A stretch of DNA of 43,134 nt, taken from the IMG/VR virus record IMGVR_UViG_3300045988_126989. One strand, written 5' to 3'. A program made the translations under genes and the position numbers. This DNA comes from a virus. The notes under the pieces are model-generated. The model was not told the origin of the DNA, did no database searches, and was given only the letters and a program-made list of their open reading frames with translations. Every line of letters starts with the position of its first letter. Within the stretch, counting starts at the first letter, position 1. Below are positions 17,827 through 25,619 of this stretch, in pieces.

Positions 17827-19320
17827 CTAAGCTTTCTTCGTACTGCTTTTTCGAGTGGTTTTCTTAGGCTCATCATCTAATACAATAGGTTCTTCATCAG
17901 GTAATGATTGTGTTCCTGTTTGGCTTTCATCTGTTGCAACAGGTTCATCCTCAGGTAATGATTGTGTTCCTGTTTGGCTTTCATCTTTCGTAACATCTCC
18001 ATTGCTTAAGCTACTTTTTTTTTTTAACAAGAAGATGTATTGAGGATCTAGTACTTTACCATCATTAATAACTAAAGCCTGAGTTACTTCCTCATTTTTT
18101 TCATAATCCCAGTACTTCTTCACACCAAACTGCATATTTGAGTTGATTGCATAGGCTTCTTTTCCTACCCAATACATTCCGAAATATTCACCGTTCTGTG
18201 CTTCATCAAAATCCTTGAAAGTATCATTTTCAACGAAATTTACAGTTCTAGCTTTGAATGTAGCACGTTCTGCACCATCAATAGGATTATATGTTTCTGC
18301 ATAAACAGGACGATTATTATCGTCGGCCAATGTTTTAATGTTTGCTTCATATGTTGCCGGAGTCATAACAAACTCTGGTTTTAATTTACGCATTGATAAA
18401 GGAATCTTTGCGAACAATTTTGTTTGCCATGATTTCCAATCTTTCATTTCTGCTTCCGTAAATTCAATGATATGGTCCGCTTTAATACGTCCACCTGATT
18501 TGTTAGCTTCTGTCAAGATACCTTCACATTCATTATTTGTAGAGTTACCTGTTAAAATTTCACGATCCATAGCTTCCAAATAAGCTTCTACAATAACTTT
18601 TGCTAATTCAGTTTCGAATGCAGTTACAGTCAATACTGTTTGTAGTAATGTACGTGCTAAACGAATTTCACCAATCAAATATCCAAATTGTACAAATTCT
18701 GTAACAGAACCGGCCTTTTGACGATCAGATACTGTTGTTTCAGTGATACGTTTAAATGTAGCCTTGAATGAACCGATAGGATATTTAACACCACCACGGA
18801 AATTAGTATGTAATACCGCATTGTATAAGTAACCACGTGATTTACTTAATTCAGTCATTACTTTCTGAACAATTGTTTCAGGAATTAAAATACCTAGATC
18901 AGCTGCCACACCTGCTTCTGCGCTACGTTGTCTTAAGATTTCTGACTGTTTTCCTTTTTGAACGAATTCCATGAATGCACTACGATATTCCATATCGTCT
19001 TCCATTCCTTTTTTACGTTCTGACAATCCTTTTGGCATTGTTGGATGTCCTTTACTACGAGCTTGTTCCTGTTGTTTAACAAAAGTTTCTTCTTCATCTT
19101 CAATAGATTTTGCCATAGTATCTAAGAACGCTTGACGTTTTGCAACCTGGCCTTGTAACTCTTTGTCACGCTTTTGTAGGATATCAAATTCCGCCTGTAA
19201 CATTTCCAAGTCTGTATTAGGATCGTTTTTGTTGACCTCATCTTGAATTTCTTTAAATCTTTTTTGAATCTGTTCGTGATTCATTGCATTGAATGCTGCT
19301 AGTTGTTGCTCTGTAAACAT
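17827..19320 (-). CDS. Major capsid protein, HK97 fold, with N-terminal delta/scaffold-like coiled coil and an unusual C-terminal extension
   Basis: 497 aa. ..EYRSAFMEFVQKGK.. and the core resemble TIGR01554-type capsids. The C-terminus carries an 18-aa tandem repeat and a Lys-rich tail. Confidence 0.85.
   Translation of the reverse strand: MFTEQQLAAFNAMNHEQIQKRFKEIQDEVNKNDPNTDLEMLQAEFDILQKRDKELQGQVAKRQAFLDTMAKSIEDEEETFVKQQEQARSKGHPTMPKGLSERKKGMEDDMEYRSAFMEFVQKGKQSEILRQRSAEAGVAADLGILIPETIVQKVMTELSKSRGYLYNAVLHTNFRGGVKYPIGSFKATFKRITETTVSDRQKAGSVTEFVQFGYLIGEIRLARTLLQTVLTVTAFETELAKVIVEAYLEAMDREILTGNSTNNECEGILTEANKSGGRIKADHIIEFTEAEMKDWKSWQTKLFAKIPLSMRKLKPEFVMTPATYEANIKTLADDNNRPVYAETYNPIDGAERATFKARTVNFVENDTFKDFDEAQNGEYFGMYWVGKEAYAINSNMQFGVKKYWDYEKNEEVTQALVINDGKVLDPQYIFLLKKKSSLSNGDVTKDESQTGTQSLPEDEPVATDESQTGTQSLPDEEPIVLDDEPKKTTRKSSTKKA
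17887..17994. repeat. 54-bp tandem repeat x2 inside the capsid gene 3' end
   Basis: 17887-17940 versus 17941-17994, about 48/54 identical. Encodes DESQTGTQSLP(E/D)(D/E)EP twice. Confidence 0.85.
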
Positions 19321-19931
19321 TAATTAATAGCCTCCTTAATCTGCAACAACAAACTCAGTCTTTCTCGTTTCTTTTCATTATCTTTTTTAACCCGTTCTTC
19401 ATCCATTAAAGACTTTGCCCTTGCTTCAATAGACGTTTGATCATTTGCAGGAATCGACACTGCCGAAACATCATAAATTTTTGACACTTTACGTGTTGTC
19501 CACGTTTTTGTATCTCTATCATATGATTCCTCATCCACCATGTATCGCCATGACATCTGATTCACCATTCCTGCCTGAATACTGTCGTACAAACGTTTTG
19601 CAGCTTCTGTTCTTCCTAAATCTGCTGCAACAAACAATCCATGTTCATCTACTTCAACAATAAGTGAACCATTGCTTGTACGTGCATATACCATTCCTCC
19701 ATGATCAAATTGGAAGATGATATCACTCATATCAGCGTTATCCAAACTTGAACGCTCAATCAATTCATATACATCATTACCTTCGTAATCTCGATAAAGC
19801 ACATAAGGCTTGAATGTAGTAGCATATCCCTCAACATAGTATTGAGTATCAATCCGTTTGTTTTCCGTCACCGGATTCATCTGAAACGGAATTGAGCGCA
19901 TTTGGATTTTGCTGTGGTTCGGTTTCGCCAT
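19320..19931 (-). CDS. Prohead maturation protease (HK97 family)
   Basis: ..YVEGYATTF.., ..FQFDHGG... Sits between portal and capsid. The true start is probably internal (19901 or 19880), because the ORF overlaps the portal 3' end. Confidence 0.8.
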   Translation of the reverse strand: MAKPNHSKIQMRSIPFQMNPVTENKRIDTQYYVEGYATTFKPYVLYRDYEGNDVYELIERSSLDNADMSDIIFQFDHGGMVYARTSNGSLIVEVDEHGLFVAADLGRTEAAKRLYDSIQAGMVNQMSWRYMVDEESYDRDTKTWTTRKVSKIYDVSAVSIPANDQTSIEARAKSLMDEERVKKDNEKKRERLSLLLQIKEAIN

Positions 19932-21132
19932 TGTAACTAATACCTCCTTGATTTGATTTAGTTACCTGGATGTATTCACCTCGAATAAAACGTTTCTTAC
20001 CTTCATCATCTGGTAAAGGCGCTTTGTTCATAATATTTAATGCCCCGTTCGTATCAATCATTCCTCTATCGAACATTTGAGTCGCAACATTCAGCTTTGT
20101 CTGTGTTGAATCATACTGTAAACGATCGCTTGTAAGAATGATTTCACTACCATTCATAATCTGATTTACGGAATATAACATTCCACTCAACACTTCTCCA
20201 ACTTCAATAAAGAATGGTTCAATAATTGATTCATAAAATGCATTCCATTCATCAGGTTTATATTTATTTTGTAAAATAGCTTCACTAATTCCAAAATAGC
20301 TGTATACACTATTTTCAATGGCTTGCTTCTGCTTGGCATCCACTAACAGTGGTTTACTTTCAATCGGTTTTACTTCATCAAAACGGTTATCAATAAGAAA
20401 TACACCTGTTTCATTCTTGTTCAGGTTATTTCTTAAGATTTGGTTCTGTTGCTCTTTGTAATCCTCATCATCATCAATCGGTGTTGAAATTTTAGCTAAG
20501 AATCGAACAATTGAACTCGACTTAATCGCATTGATTGCTCCTTCTTCCTGAGCAAGCATCAATTTAGCTGTTGTATCAAATGCATCATTTACATCACCAA
20601 AGTAATCATCTTTATACTGCATTTGCCTTAGATGTCCTACTTTGCTGTATTCAATCAATTTTGTTTCGCCATAGATGAAATTAAAATAAATATAAACTGC
20701 ACCATTGATTTCTTTTAACTGACACTGACTTGGAACAGCAGGCCATAATCCTTTTATCATTCCATATTCATCTTCAATTGGAATAATGAAAGCATTGTTT
20801 TCTGCAAAATATATAGTTGCCAGCCTTTTGTAAAATTGACTAGCTGTCATATAAGGATTTGGCTTTTTCTTAACCAAATAGTTATATATCTTACTTTTGT
20901 AGTCTTTGTTTGTCAGTTCAGGTGAAGCCTTTCCACATGATGTAGCAATTCGATTGATACATGCTCTGCATAGTCCAATCTCATATATTCCACCATCATA
21001 TGATGAATACACTGGTGAATATCCACCTAAGCTTGCAAACATTGAATGTAATTGATTTTGTTTAGGTGCTGGCTTATTTAGTCCTAATAGACTTCCTAGC
21101 AAACCAAATCTTTTTCTTCTGCTTTTAGCCAC
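19849..21132 (-). CDS. Portal protein (HK97 family)
   Basis: 427 aa immediately after TerL. Typical size and order. Confidence 0.85.
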   Translation of the reverse strand: MAKSRRKRFGLLGSLLGLNKPAPKQNQLHSMFASLGGYSPVYSSYDGGIYEIGLCRACINRIATSCGKASPELTNKDYKSKIYNYLVKKKPNPYMTASQFYKRLATIYFAENNAFIIPIEDEYGMIKGLWPAVPSQCQLKEINGAVYIYFNFIYGETKLIEYSKVGHLRQMQYKDDYFGDVNDAFDTTAKLMLAQEEGAINAIKSSSIVRFLAKISTPIDDDEDYKEQQNQILRNNLNKNETGVFLIDNRFDEVKPIESKPLLVDAKQKQAIENSVYSYFGISEAILQNKYKPDEWNAFYESIIEPFFIEVGEVLSGMLYSVNQIMNGSEIILTSDRLQYDSTQTKLNVATQMFDRGMIDTNGALNIMNKAPLPDDEGKKRFIRGEYIQVTKSNQGGISYNGETEPQQNPNALNSVSDESGDGKQTD

Positions 21133-22790
21133 TAATTCACCTTCCTTTTCTTGTTTTCAAGGCGGTATTTAAATGTATCCCACCATTTTTGTCTTACTGT
21201 ATATGCATCAATAACAGATGCATATCCATCAATATGTTTTCTTGAATCAGTTTTAATCATGCGAACACGATTGTCCTCCGCAACTTTCTTTAATGCCACA
21301 CTAGACATATGTGCTTGTAAAAGTCCATTCGTTCCTGTATGAACAAATCCATCTCTTACATATCCTGTAAATTCATTAATAACCGGTGTAAGGTTAGTGC
21401 CCTGAATGACATCATCCATCTTGTATCCGTATTTCTTCATATCATCCACAAGATATTGAGCTGAATAACGGTCATATCCAACGACTACACAATAAATCTT
21501 GTATTTCTTACGCAACATTTCAAACCATTCCGTAACATCCTCATACCGTACAAAGTTTTCCCCACTTGGACTTAAATATCCCAATTGAATAAATCTTGTA
21601 TATGGTATTTTGTCTCTTTCCTCTAGCTCCTTGATTTTTAATGTTGGAAGCCAGAAATGAGTAAATATGTAGTCATGTTCTTGAATTCGTATAACTACAG
21701 ATGCGGCTGTTAAATCGGTTGTTTGTGACAAGTCAATTCCACCAACTGCATATGTATGTGCAAAATCTTCAAATCTAAGTTCTTCACCTTTAACTTTGTT
21801 AATATCTTCTGCACTAAATAATGCTTCTGTTGAATTCTGTTTGATATTCGCATATTTTGTTATGAATTCAGCCTTATATGTAGGTGAGCTATGGGCCTTT
21901 AAAATTTCATTCTGCAAATATTCATAAGAGACAGATATTCCAAGGTTTGGCATTGCCTTCCTCAATTCAATAGGATCATCCCATTTTTGAATATCATCAA
22001 TCATGTAAAAGAAAGGCAACATTTGTTTTTCATCAGACGTACCAAGTAAAACAGATGTTCCACGAACAAATAGTTCATCATATAATCCTTCATCAATATA
22101 GTTTGCGGTACTTACAGGAATATAAAGTGGATCAGGTCTTGCACCACCTGCCGACAACATAACGTTGTACATTTTCATACCCGCTTCACCTTCCCAGGCT
22201 GCAAACTCATCAAAGATTGTCAAATATGGGTTGAATCCGTCTGATTTTTTAGATGCAAAGGCAATTGGCTCCCATCTACAGTTGTTCTGTTTCATGTAGA
22301 TATCTGTTCTACGTTTTTTTACTCTTTGACTCAATGCTTTAGAGTGTTCCATCATTTGATACAGAACGTTGTAAATGATCTGCGCTTGTTTTAACTTTGG
22401 CGCTATATTGTATATCTGCATACCTGCTTCATCAGATGTAAATCCAACATCAAGTTCAATACCTGCACAAAGAAATGATTTTCCTTGTTTTCGGCCCATG
22501 ACTGTAGGTATTTCACGGAACTGCCTTTTCCCATTCTTATCAACAAGTCCGAATATGCACGCAATATAGTATTTTTGCCAAGGTTCAAGCTTTACTTTTG
22601 TTGTTTTTCCTTCTACGTGGTGACAAAACGTTTCAATAAACGCTATATGCATTTCCGCTTTTTTTTCATCATAGAAGAAATCTCCATTTGCTAAACCTCT
22701 TTCAACATATTGAAGATTAAGCTTTATCCACTTACCGACTACATCTTCACCCGATTTAATACGTTCTTTATAAATGTCTAGATATTTCAT
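21132..22790 (-). CDS. terL: Terminase large subunit
   Basis: 552 aa. Walker-A-like MGRKQGKS and DEF acidic motif (TIFDEFAAW). Terminase_1-like organisation. Confidence 0.9.
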   Translation of the reverse strand: MKYLDIYKERIKSGEDVVGKWIKLNLQYVERGLANGDFFYDEKKAEMHIAFIETFCHHVEGKTTKVKLEPWQKYYIACIFGLVDKNGKRQFREIPTVMGRKQGKSFLCAGIELDVGFTSDEAGMQIYNIAPKLKQAQIIYNVLYQMMEHSKALSQRVKKRRTDIYMKQNNCRWEPIAFASKKSDGFNPYLTIFDEFAAWEGEAGMKMYNVMLSAGGARPDPLYIPVSTANYIDEGLYDELFVRGTSVLLGTSDEKQMLPFFYMIDDIQKWDDPIELRKAMPNLGISVSYEYLQNEILKAHSSPTYKAEFITKYANIKQNSTEALFSAEDINKVKGEELRFEDFAHTYAVGGIDLSQTTDLTAASVVIRIQEHDYIFTHFWLPTLKIKELEERDKIPYTRFIQLGYLSPSGENFVRYEDVTEWFEMLRKKYKIYCVVVGYDRYSAQYLVDDMKKYGYKMDDVIQGTNLTPVINEFTGYVRDGFVHTGTNGLLQAHMSSVALKKVAEDNRVRMIKTDSRKHIDGYASVIDAYTVRQKWWDTFKYRLENKKRKVN

Positions 22791-23179
22791 TTAAATCTGC
22801 TCATGAACTCATCCAATTCATCACCTTTTTTTCCGGATACTTCTGTTGTTTTTGAAAGTGAAGTAGGTGACAAGCCAAGTTCTTTGCAGTATTTCATAAT
22901 TTGATCACGTAATTGAACGGTAATAATGTAATATGGTGAGCGTGATAAATTCGTTGCACCAGCCTTGTTCGTGTATTCAACAACCATCTGTAATGTTTTG
23001 AAACCATTTGCTTTGCTTGAATCTCTCCATTGCTTCATTGTTGAATCATATTGGGCCAAGGCATCTGCAAGTGAATCAATCGCAACCGAATATTCAGGGG
23101 AATATGTACCTAAATTTTCTAGTTGAGAATTTATTCTTTTTTTCCATGCTCCTTTTTGCATTCTTCCTCCCTTCCACAT
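22787..23179 (-). CDS. terS: Terminase small subunit (P27-family-like)
   Basis: About 125 aa. C-terminal ..CKELGLSPTSLSK.. is typical of the P27 family. Overlaps the terL start. Confidence 0.7.
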   Translation of the reverse strand: MWKGGRMQKGAWKKRINSQLENLGTYSPEYSVAIDSLADALAQYDSTMKQWRDSSKANGFKTLQMVVEYTNKAGATNLSRSPYYIITVQLRDQIMKYCKELGLSPTSLSKTTEVSGKKGDELDEFMSRFK

Positions 23180-23502
23180 CCTATAAGCATTCCATTTTCA
23201 TCAAATTCAAAAGATGGTTTGCGTTTGGAATGTTCTTCTGCATGGCATAAGTCACACAACGCTTCCAAATTAGAATCACCAAATAGAATGTGTATATCTC
23301 TATAGTTGTCCTGGTCAATGTGTACTTTGTGGTGCACACAAGTAGACCTTGTATAGATTCCTTTTTTTAAACACCTTTCACAAAGCGGATGCGCCTTTCT
23401 ATACGCTTTACTTTTCTTTTCCCAAGCCTTGCTTGAGTAGAATTTTCTAGCATAATTTCTAGCGCCCGTTTTCGTTGCTTCTGAACCATAATATTTTTTC
23501 AT
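23131..23502 (-). CDS. HNH endonuclease associated with cos-type packaging
   Basis: CERCLKKG..VHHKVHI..LCDLCHAEEH (HNH/zinc motifs). Located directly upstream of terS/terL, as in HK97-like cos phages. Confidence 0.85.
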   Translation of the reverse strand: MKKYYGSEATKTGARNYARKFYSSKAWEKKSKAYRKAHPLCERCLKKGIYTRSTCVHHKVHIDQDNYRDIHILFGDSNLEALCDLCHAEEHSKRKPSFEFDENGMLIGCGREEECKKEHGKKE

Positions 23503-23578
23503 ATCGCTACATTCAAAGTTTTAGTTAACAGATTTAAAGGACGACAATATGAACAGTAAACCCTTTGAATGCAGTGAT
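23503..23578 (-). promoter_or_regulatory. 16-bp imperfect inverted repeat abutting the HNH start codon
   Basis: ATCGCTACATTCAAAG (23503-23518) versus CTTTGAATGCAGTGAT (23563-23578), 14/16 complementary. No Shine-Dalgarno precedes the ATG at 23502. Confidence 0.45.
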
Positions 23579-23581
23579 ATG

Positions 23582-23611
23582 AAAAAGACCCGTGTTTCCA
23601 CAGGTCTTTTT
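23582..23611. terminator. Bidirectional rho-independent terminator in the late-operon leader
   Basis: AAAAA-GACCCGTG-tttc-CACAGGTC-TTTTT. 8-bp stem with one mismatch, and A/T runs on both sides. Confidence 0.6.
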
Positions 23612-23689
23612 CAAACGGGCACAATATGAAACAATCCAAGAACTACCTTGTTTGTGTTCTAGAAGATGTTTTCCAATCTTCACAACTAC

Positions 23690-23726
23690 AGAATATCACG
23701 GTTTTTCTTTGTACACTGTACAAAAT
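23690..23726 (-). promoter_or_regulatory. Putative late promoter for the packaging/head/tail operon: same 19-nt box plus -10-like hexamer
   Basis: TTTGTACACTGTACAAAAT (23708-23726) is identical to 1692-1710. After 12 nt on the minus strand comes TATTCT (23695-23690). Confidence 0.5.
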
Positions 23727-23735
23727 GAAGAAATT

Positions 23736-23837
23736 CAGATTTTACCCCCCTCTCGTGCGCGCATGACCGAGTTTTTTTAAACTCCCCACGCCGTTCCCCG
23801 AAACGCAAAAAACTTCCGAAAGATAGGGGGGTATCTG
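23736..23837. repeat. Interrupted 13-bp inverted repeat with C6/G6 runs enclosing a GC-rich 73-nt segment (cos-region or RNA-stem candidate)
   Basis: CAGAT-ttt-ACCCCCCT (23736-23751) pairs with AGGGGGGT-ATCTG (23825-23837). An internal hairpin GAGTTT-tttt-AAACTC is present. Confidence 0.5.
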
Positions 23838-24149
23838 CTGATCTGATCCCAGCCAAGGGCGCTTTCAGGGTTCAAAATTTGGATTATGCAGCTACCACCA
23901 CACCGCACCATTCACGGCTTTAATCATATGACATTCACATATTTATTATTGTGTTGAAACATTTTTCAACACGCATTGTTGAAAGCGTGTTTCATACCAT
24001 AGCCATGACTACATCAATAGAACACGCGCGCACGTTCTTATATATGCAATAACTCTTGCATCACTCCAGTGCATTGCATCATGCGCACCCGTTCCATATG
24101 TTTTTAGCGTGTCGCTTGGCTTCCTTGATGGAGCTCAAGCAAACCACAC

Positions 24150-24173
24150 AAAAAAAGGACGCTCACCACGTCC
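24150..24173 (-). terminator. Short intrinsic terminator on the minus strand
   Basis: GGACG-7nt-CGTCC followed by U7 in minus-strand RNA. The stem is only 5 bp. Confidence 0.4.
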
Positions 24174-24196
24174 ATACATGTATATAATACCGGTCT

Positions 24197-24253
24197 GATA
24201 ACTATATCTTATAAGACCAAAAGCGAACACGCTTAAAAGCCTTATAAATAGGC
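24197..24253. repeat. Copy B of a 57-bp repeated module (copy A at 29094-29150)
   Basis: GATAACTATATcTTATaAGACCAA matches copy A at 22/24. AAAAGCCTtaTAAATAGGC matches at 17/19. Same orientation. Confidence 0.7.
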
Positions 24254-24326
24254 GCTTGCGTGCACGTTTGAGAATACAAAAGCTTTTTGAAAAAATGAGC
24301 ACCGAAAAAATATTATTAATTTTTTA

Positions 24327-24354
24327 TTGACATATACATGTATATGTTTATAAT
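24327..24354 (+). promoter_or_regulatory. Consensus sigma-70-type promoter of the plus-strand island
   Basis: TTGACA (24327-32), 16 nt, TATAAT (24349-54). Confidence 0.7.
24331..24346. promoter_or_regulatory. Perfect 16-bp palindrome (operator candidate) inside the promoter spacer
   Basis: CATATACATGTATATG is its own reverse complement. It overlaps the -35 and the spacer. Confidence 0.55.
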
Positions 24355-24358
24355 GTAA

Positions 24359-24618
24359 GTGTAAGCTAAATAAAAAGCTTACACAAAACAAACGGCGCTT
24401 ACTCATAAAGCCAAGCCAAGACAACTATAAATTGATAGATTGGACTTGATAGTATGGATAAGTTTATAAGCCTATTAAATAAATTGTTGTTTAAACTTCA
24501 TATAAAAATAAGTTTAGACATAAAAAAAGGGCGCTTACTCATAGACATAAAAGTCAATGAATAGCGTCATTAAATAAGCAAATAAATTATAGCGCCGTTT
24601 GTTTAAATAGTCAAGTTT
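24359..24618 (+). promoter_or_regulatory. Structured 5' leader of the plus-strand island
   Basis: 5' hairpin GTGTAAGCT-8nt-AGCTTACAC (24359-84). 14-nt perfect long-range complement 24386-99 / 24591-604. Direct repeat GGCGCTTACTCATA at 24394 and 24530. Confidence 0.45.
24586..24614 (-). promoter_or_regulatory. Near-consensus minus-strand promoter facing the island promoter
   Basis: Minus strand reads TTGACT (24614-09), 17 nt, TATAAT (24591-86). Predicted start sites of the two promoters are about 220 nt apart, with overlapping transcripts. Confidence 0.6.
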
Positions 24619-24631
24619 AGGAGGTGTAAAC

Positions 24632-24823
24632 ATTGTAAGAAAAAAAAGTGGTTCTTTCAATCAAATAGAATACATAAAAGAATTTAATAAAGCCAATTAT
24701 AGAAAATACGAAATCAGAGTGAAAAAAGAAAATATAGACCTTATAAAATGGCTTGATAAACAACCAAATAAAACCGCTTATATAGTAGATTTGATTGAAA
24801 AAGACATGAACAAAAAAAAATAA
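24632..24823 (+). CDS. Small ribbon-helix-helix-like DNA-binding protein with a non-canonical ATT start (63 codons)
   Basis: AGGAGG (24619-24), 7 nt, ATT. Frame open to TAA 24821-23. No ATG/GTG/TTG is available upstream. ..YRKYEIRVKKENIDLIKWLDKQPNKTAYIVDLIEKDM looks like strand-helix-helix. Confidence 0.4.
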   Translation: MVRKKSGSFNQIEYIKEFNKANYRKYEIRVKKENIDLIKWLDKQPNKTAYIVDLIEKDMNKKK

Positions 24824-24909
24824 AAACGTGAACCCCTTCCAGGTCGCCAAACTCAAAAGGGATTCACACAACGGCAATTATACACAATATTCAGGAGGTT
24901 AAGCCCGTC

Positions 24910-24960
24910 TTGTATATATTGCTTTTCTATTCTACCATAGACGGGTTAAAAAGAAAATGA
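24910..24960 (+). CDS. 16-codon upstream mini-ORF, possibly coupling translation into 24957-25439
   Basis: AGGAGG (24893-98), 11 nt, TTG. MYILLFYSTIDGLKRK. Its TGA overlaps the downstream ATG (ATGA), and the downstream gene lacks its own SD. Confidence 0.25.
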   Translation: MYILLFYSTIDGLKRK

Positions 24961-25439
24961 AAGAACAAAAATACTATTATGGAAATGCTATTAGTGAATA
25001 CGGTTTAGAAAATGGACGTGTAGACTATGCCACACTTGCAAAGGCTTTCGATGCCGTATTAAACAATGACATCATGAACTTGACTTATGACATAGGTTCA
25101 TGGGAGCAAGTGAGCGGTATTATTGACAACACGGACGAGATAGAAGAACTAGAAGAAAAAAGAGACGAGTTAGAAGAAGAAAACGAAAATAACCCATCGC
25201 AAATTATTGAAAATGAAATAAATGAAATAAATGAACAAATAGAAGAACTTGAAAACGAACAAAATGAATATCAAGAAGTATTTCAATGGTTTATTGTGGA
25301 TGATTGGGGCGCTAGATTATTACAAGATATCGATGAAGTTGTTTACTACAACGAAAAACTTGATATGTATTTATGGGGCGTTACGCACTACGGTACTTCT
25401 TGGGATTATGTTCTAACAAACATTAAAATTGATTGGTAG
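24957..25439 (+). CDS. Hypothetical protein with a central acidic coiled coil (160 aa)
   Basis: YYYGNAISEYGLENGRVDYATLAKAFDAVL.. then an E/N-rich linker then ..WGVTHYGTSWDYVL. No function recognised. Confidence 0.6.
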   Translation: MKEQKYYYGNAISEYGLENGRVDYATLAKAFDAVLNNDIMNLTYDIGSWEQVSGIIDNTDEIEELEEKRDELEEENENNPSQIIENEINEINEQIEELENEQNEYQEVFQWFIVDDWGARLLQDIDEVVYYNEKLDMYLWGVTHYGTSWDYVLTNIKIDW

Positions 25440-25452
25440 GTGTAATATTCCA

Positions 25453-25602
25453 ATGTTAACACGCAAAGATCTTGACAAGATGAGCGCCGTCCAGGTGCTC
25501 ATACTTGCATTATTAAAATTCTACTTCTATATATGTTTTGACGCATTGTTGATAGGCCTATTTTTAGGCTTATCAAACATAATATTACCACTTATTTATT
25601 AA
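25453..25602 (+). CDS. Small hydrophobic protein (49 aa)
   Basis: MLTRKDLDKMSAVQVLILALLKFYFYICFDALLIGLFLGLSNIILPLIY. Fills the gap between ORFs. Weak RBS (GGTAGGTG). Below the track cutoff. Confidence 0.3.
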   Translation: MLTRKDLDKMSAVQVLILALLKFYFYICFDALLIGLFLGLSNIILPLIY

Positions 25603-25619
25603 TTGCAGGAGGCTATACA

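Noticed and set aside
3198-22694. Many plus-strand ORFs of 60-108 aa in the track that lie antisense to late genes. Examples: 3198-3446, 4172-4393, 4779-4967, 7728-8015, 8358-8576, 8974-9300, 10842-11084, 11698-12119, 14490-14702, 15214-15399, 15727-15924, 16072-16293, 17110-17313, 18338-18583, 19445-19663, 21151-21342, 22375-22694.
   Set aside because: Each is fully embedded opposite a longer, motif-supported minus-strand gene. They lack RBSs and have the Phe/Leu/Ser-rich composition expected from reading AT-rich coding DNA backwards.
23592-23780. 62-aa plus-strand ORF in the late leader.
   Set aside because: It starts inside the bidirectional terminator hairpin, runs through the palindromic late box and has no RBS. 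The region is better explained as regulatory.
23941-23969. Minus-strand TTGAAA-17-ATAAAT as a promoter within the GC-rich leader.
   Set aside because: The -10 matches the consensus at only 3 of 6 positions, and the spacer is a hairpin. This is too weak to list as a feature.
23740-24180. Assignment of the GC-rich ORF-free block to a named large structured RNA family (ROOL/GOLLD-like), a tRNA or a group I intron.
   Set aside because: I cannot recall or compute the covariance models. I saw no tRNA cloverleaf and no intron core (P3-P8, G-binding) elements. It is left as an unnamed candidate in the findings.
24242-24424. 60-aa (or 54-aa from ATG 24406) hydrophobic minus-strand ORF, briefly considered as a type I toxin. 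The repeat ATGAGTAAGCGCC begins two small ORFs (MSKR..).
   Set aside because: There is no Shine-Dalgarno at either ATG. The composition is typical of random AT-rich translation, and the ORF spans the plus promoter/operator. The repeats are kept only as DNA/RNA elements in the convergent-promoter finding.
24633-24638. TTG-TAA start-stop pair right after the AGGAGG.
   Set aside because: It is out of frame with the 63-codon ORF and would be a two-codon ORF. ATT at 24632 has the better spacing, and its frame is long and protein-like.
24617-24877. 86-aa Phe-rich minus-strand ORF.
   Set aside because: It is antisense to the Lys-rich RHH-like ORF (AAA read as TTT) and has no RBS.
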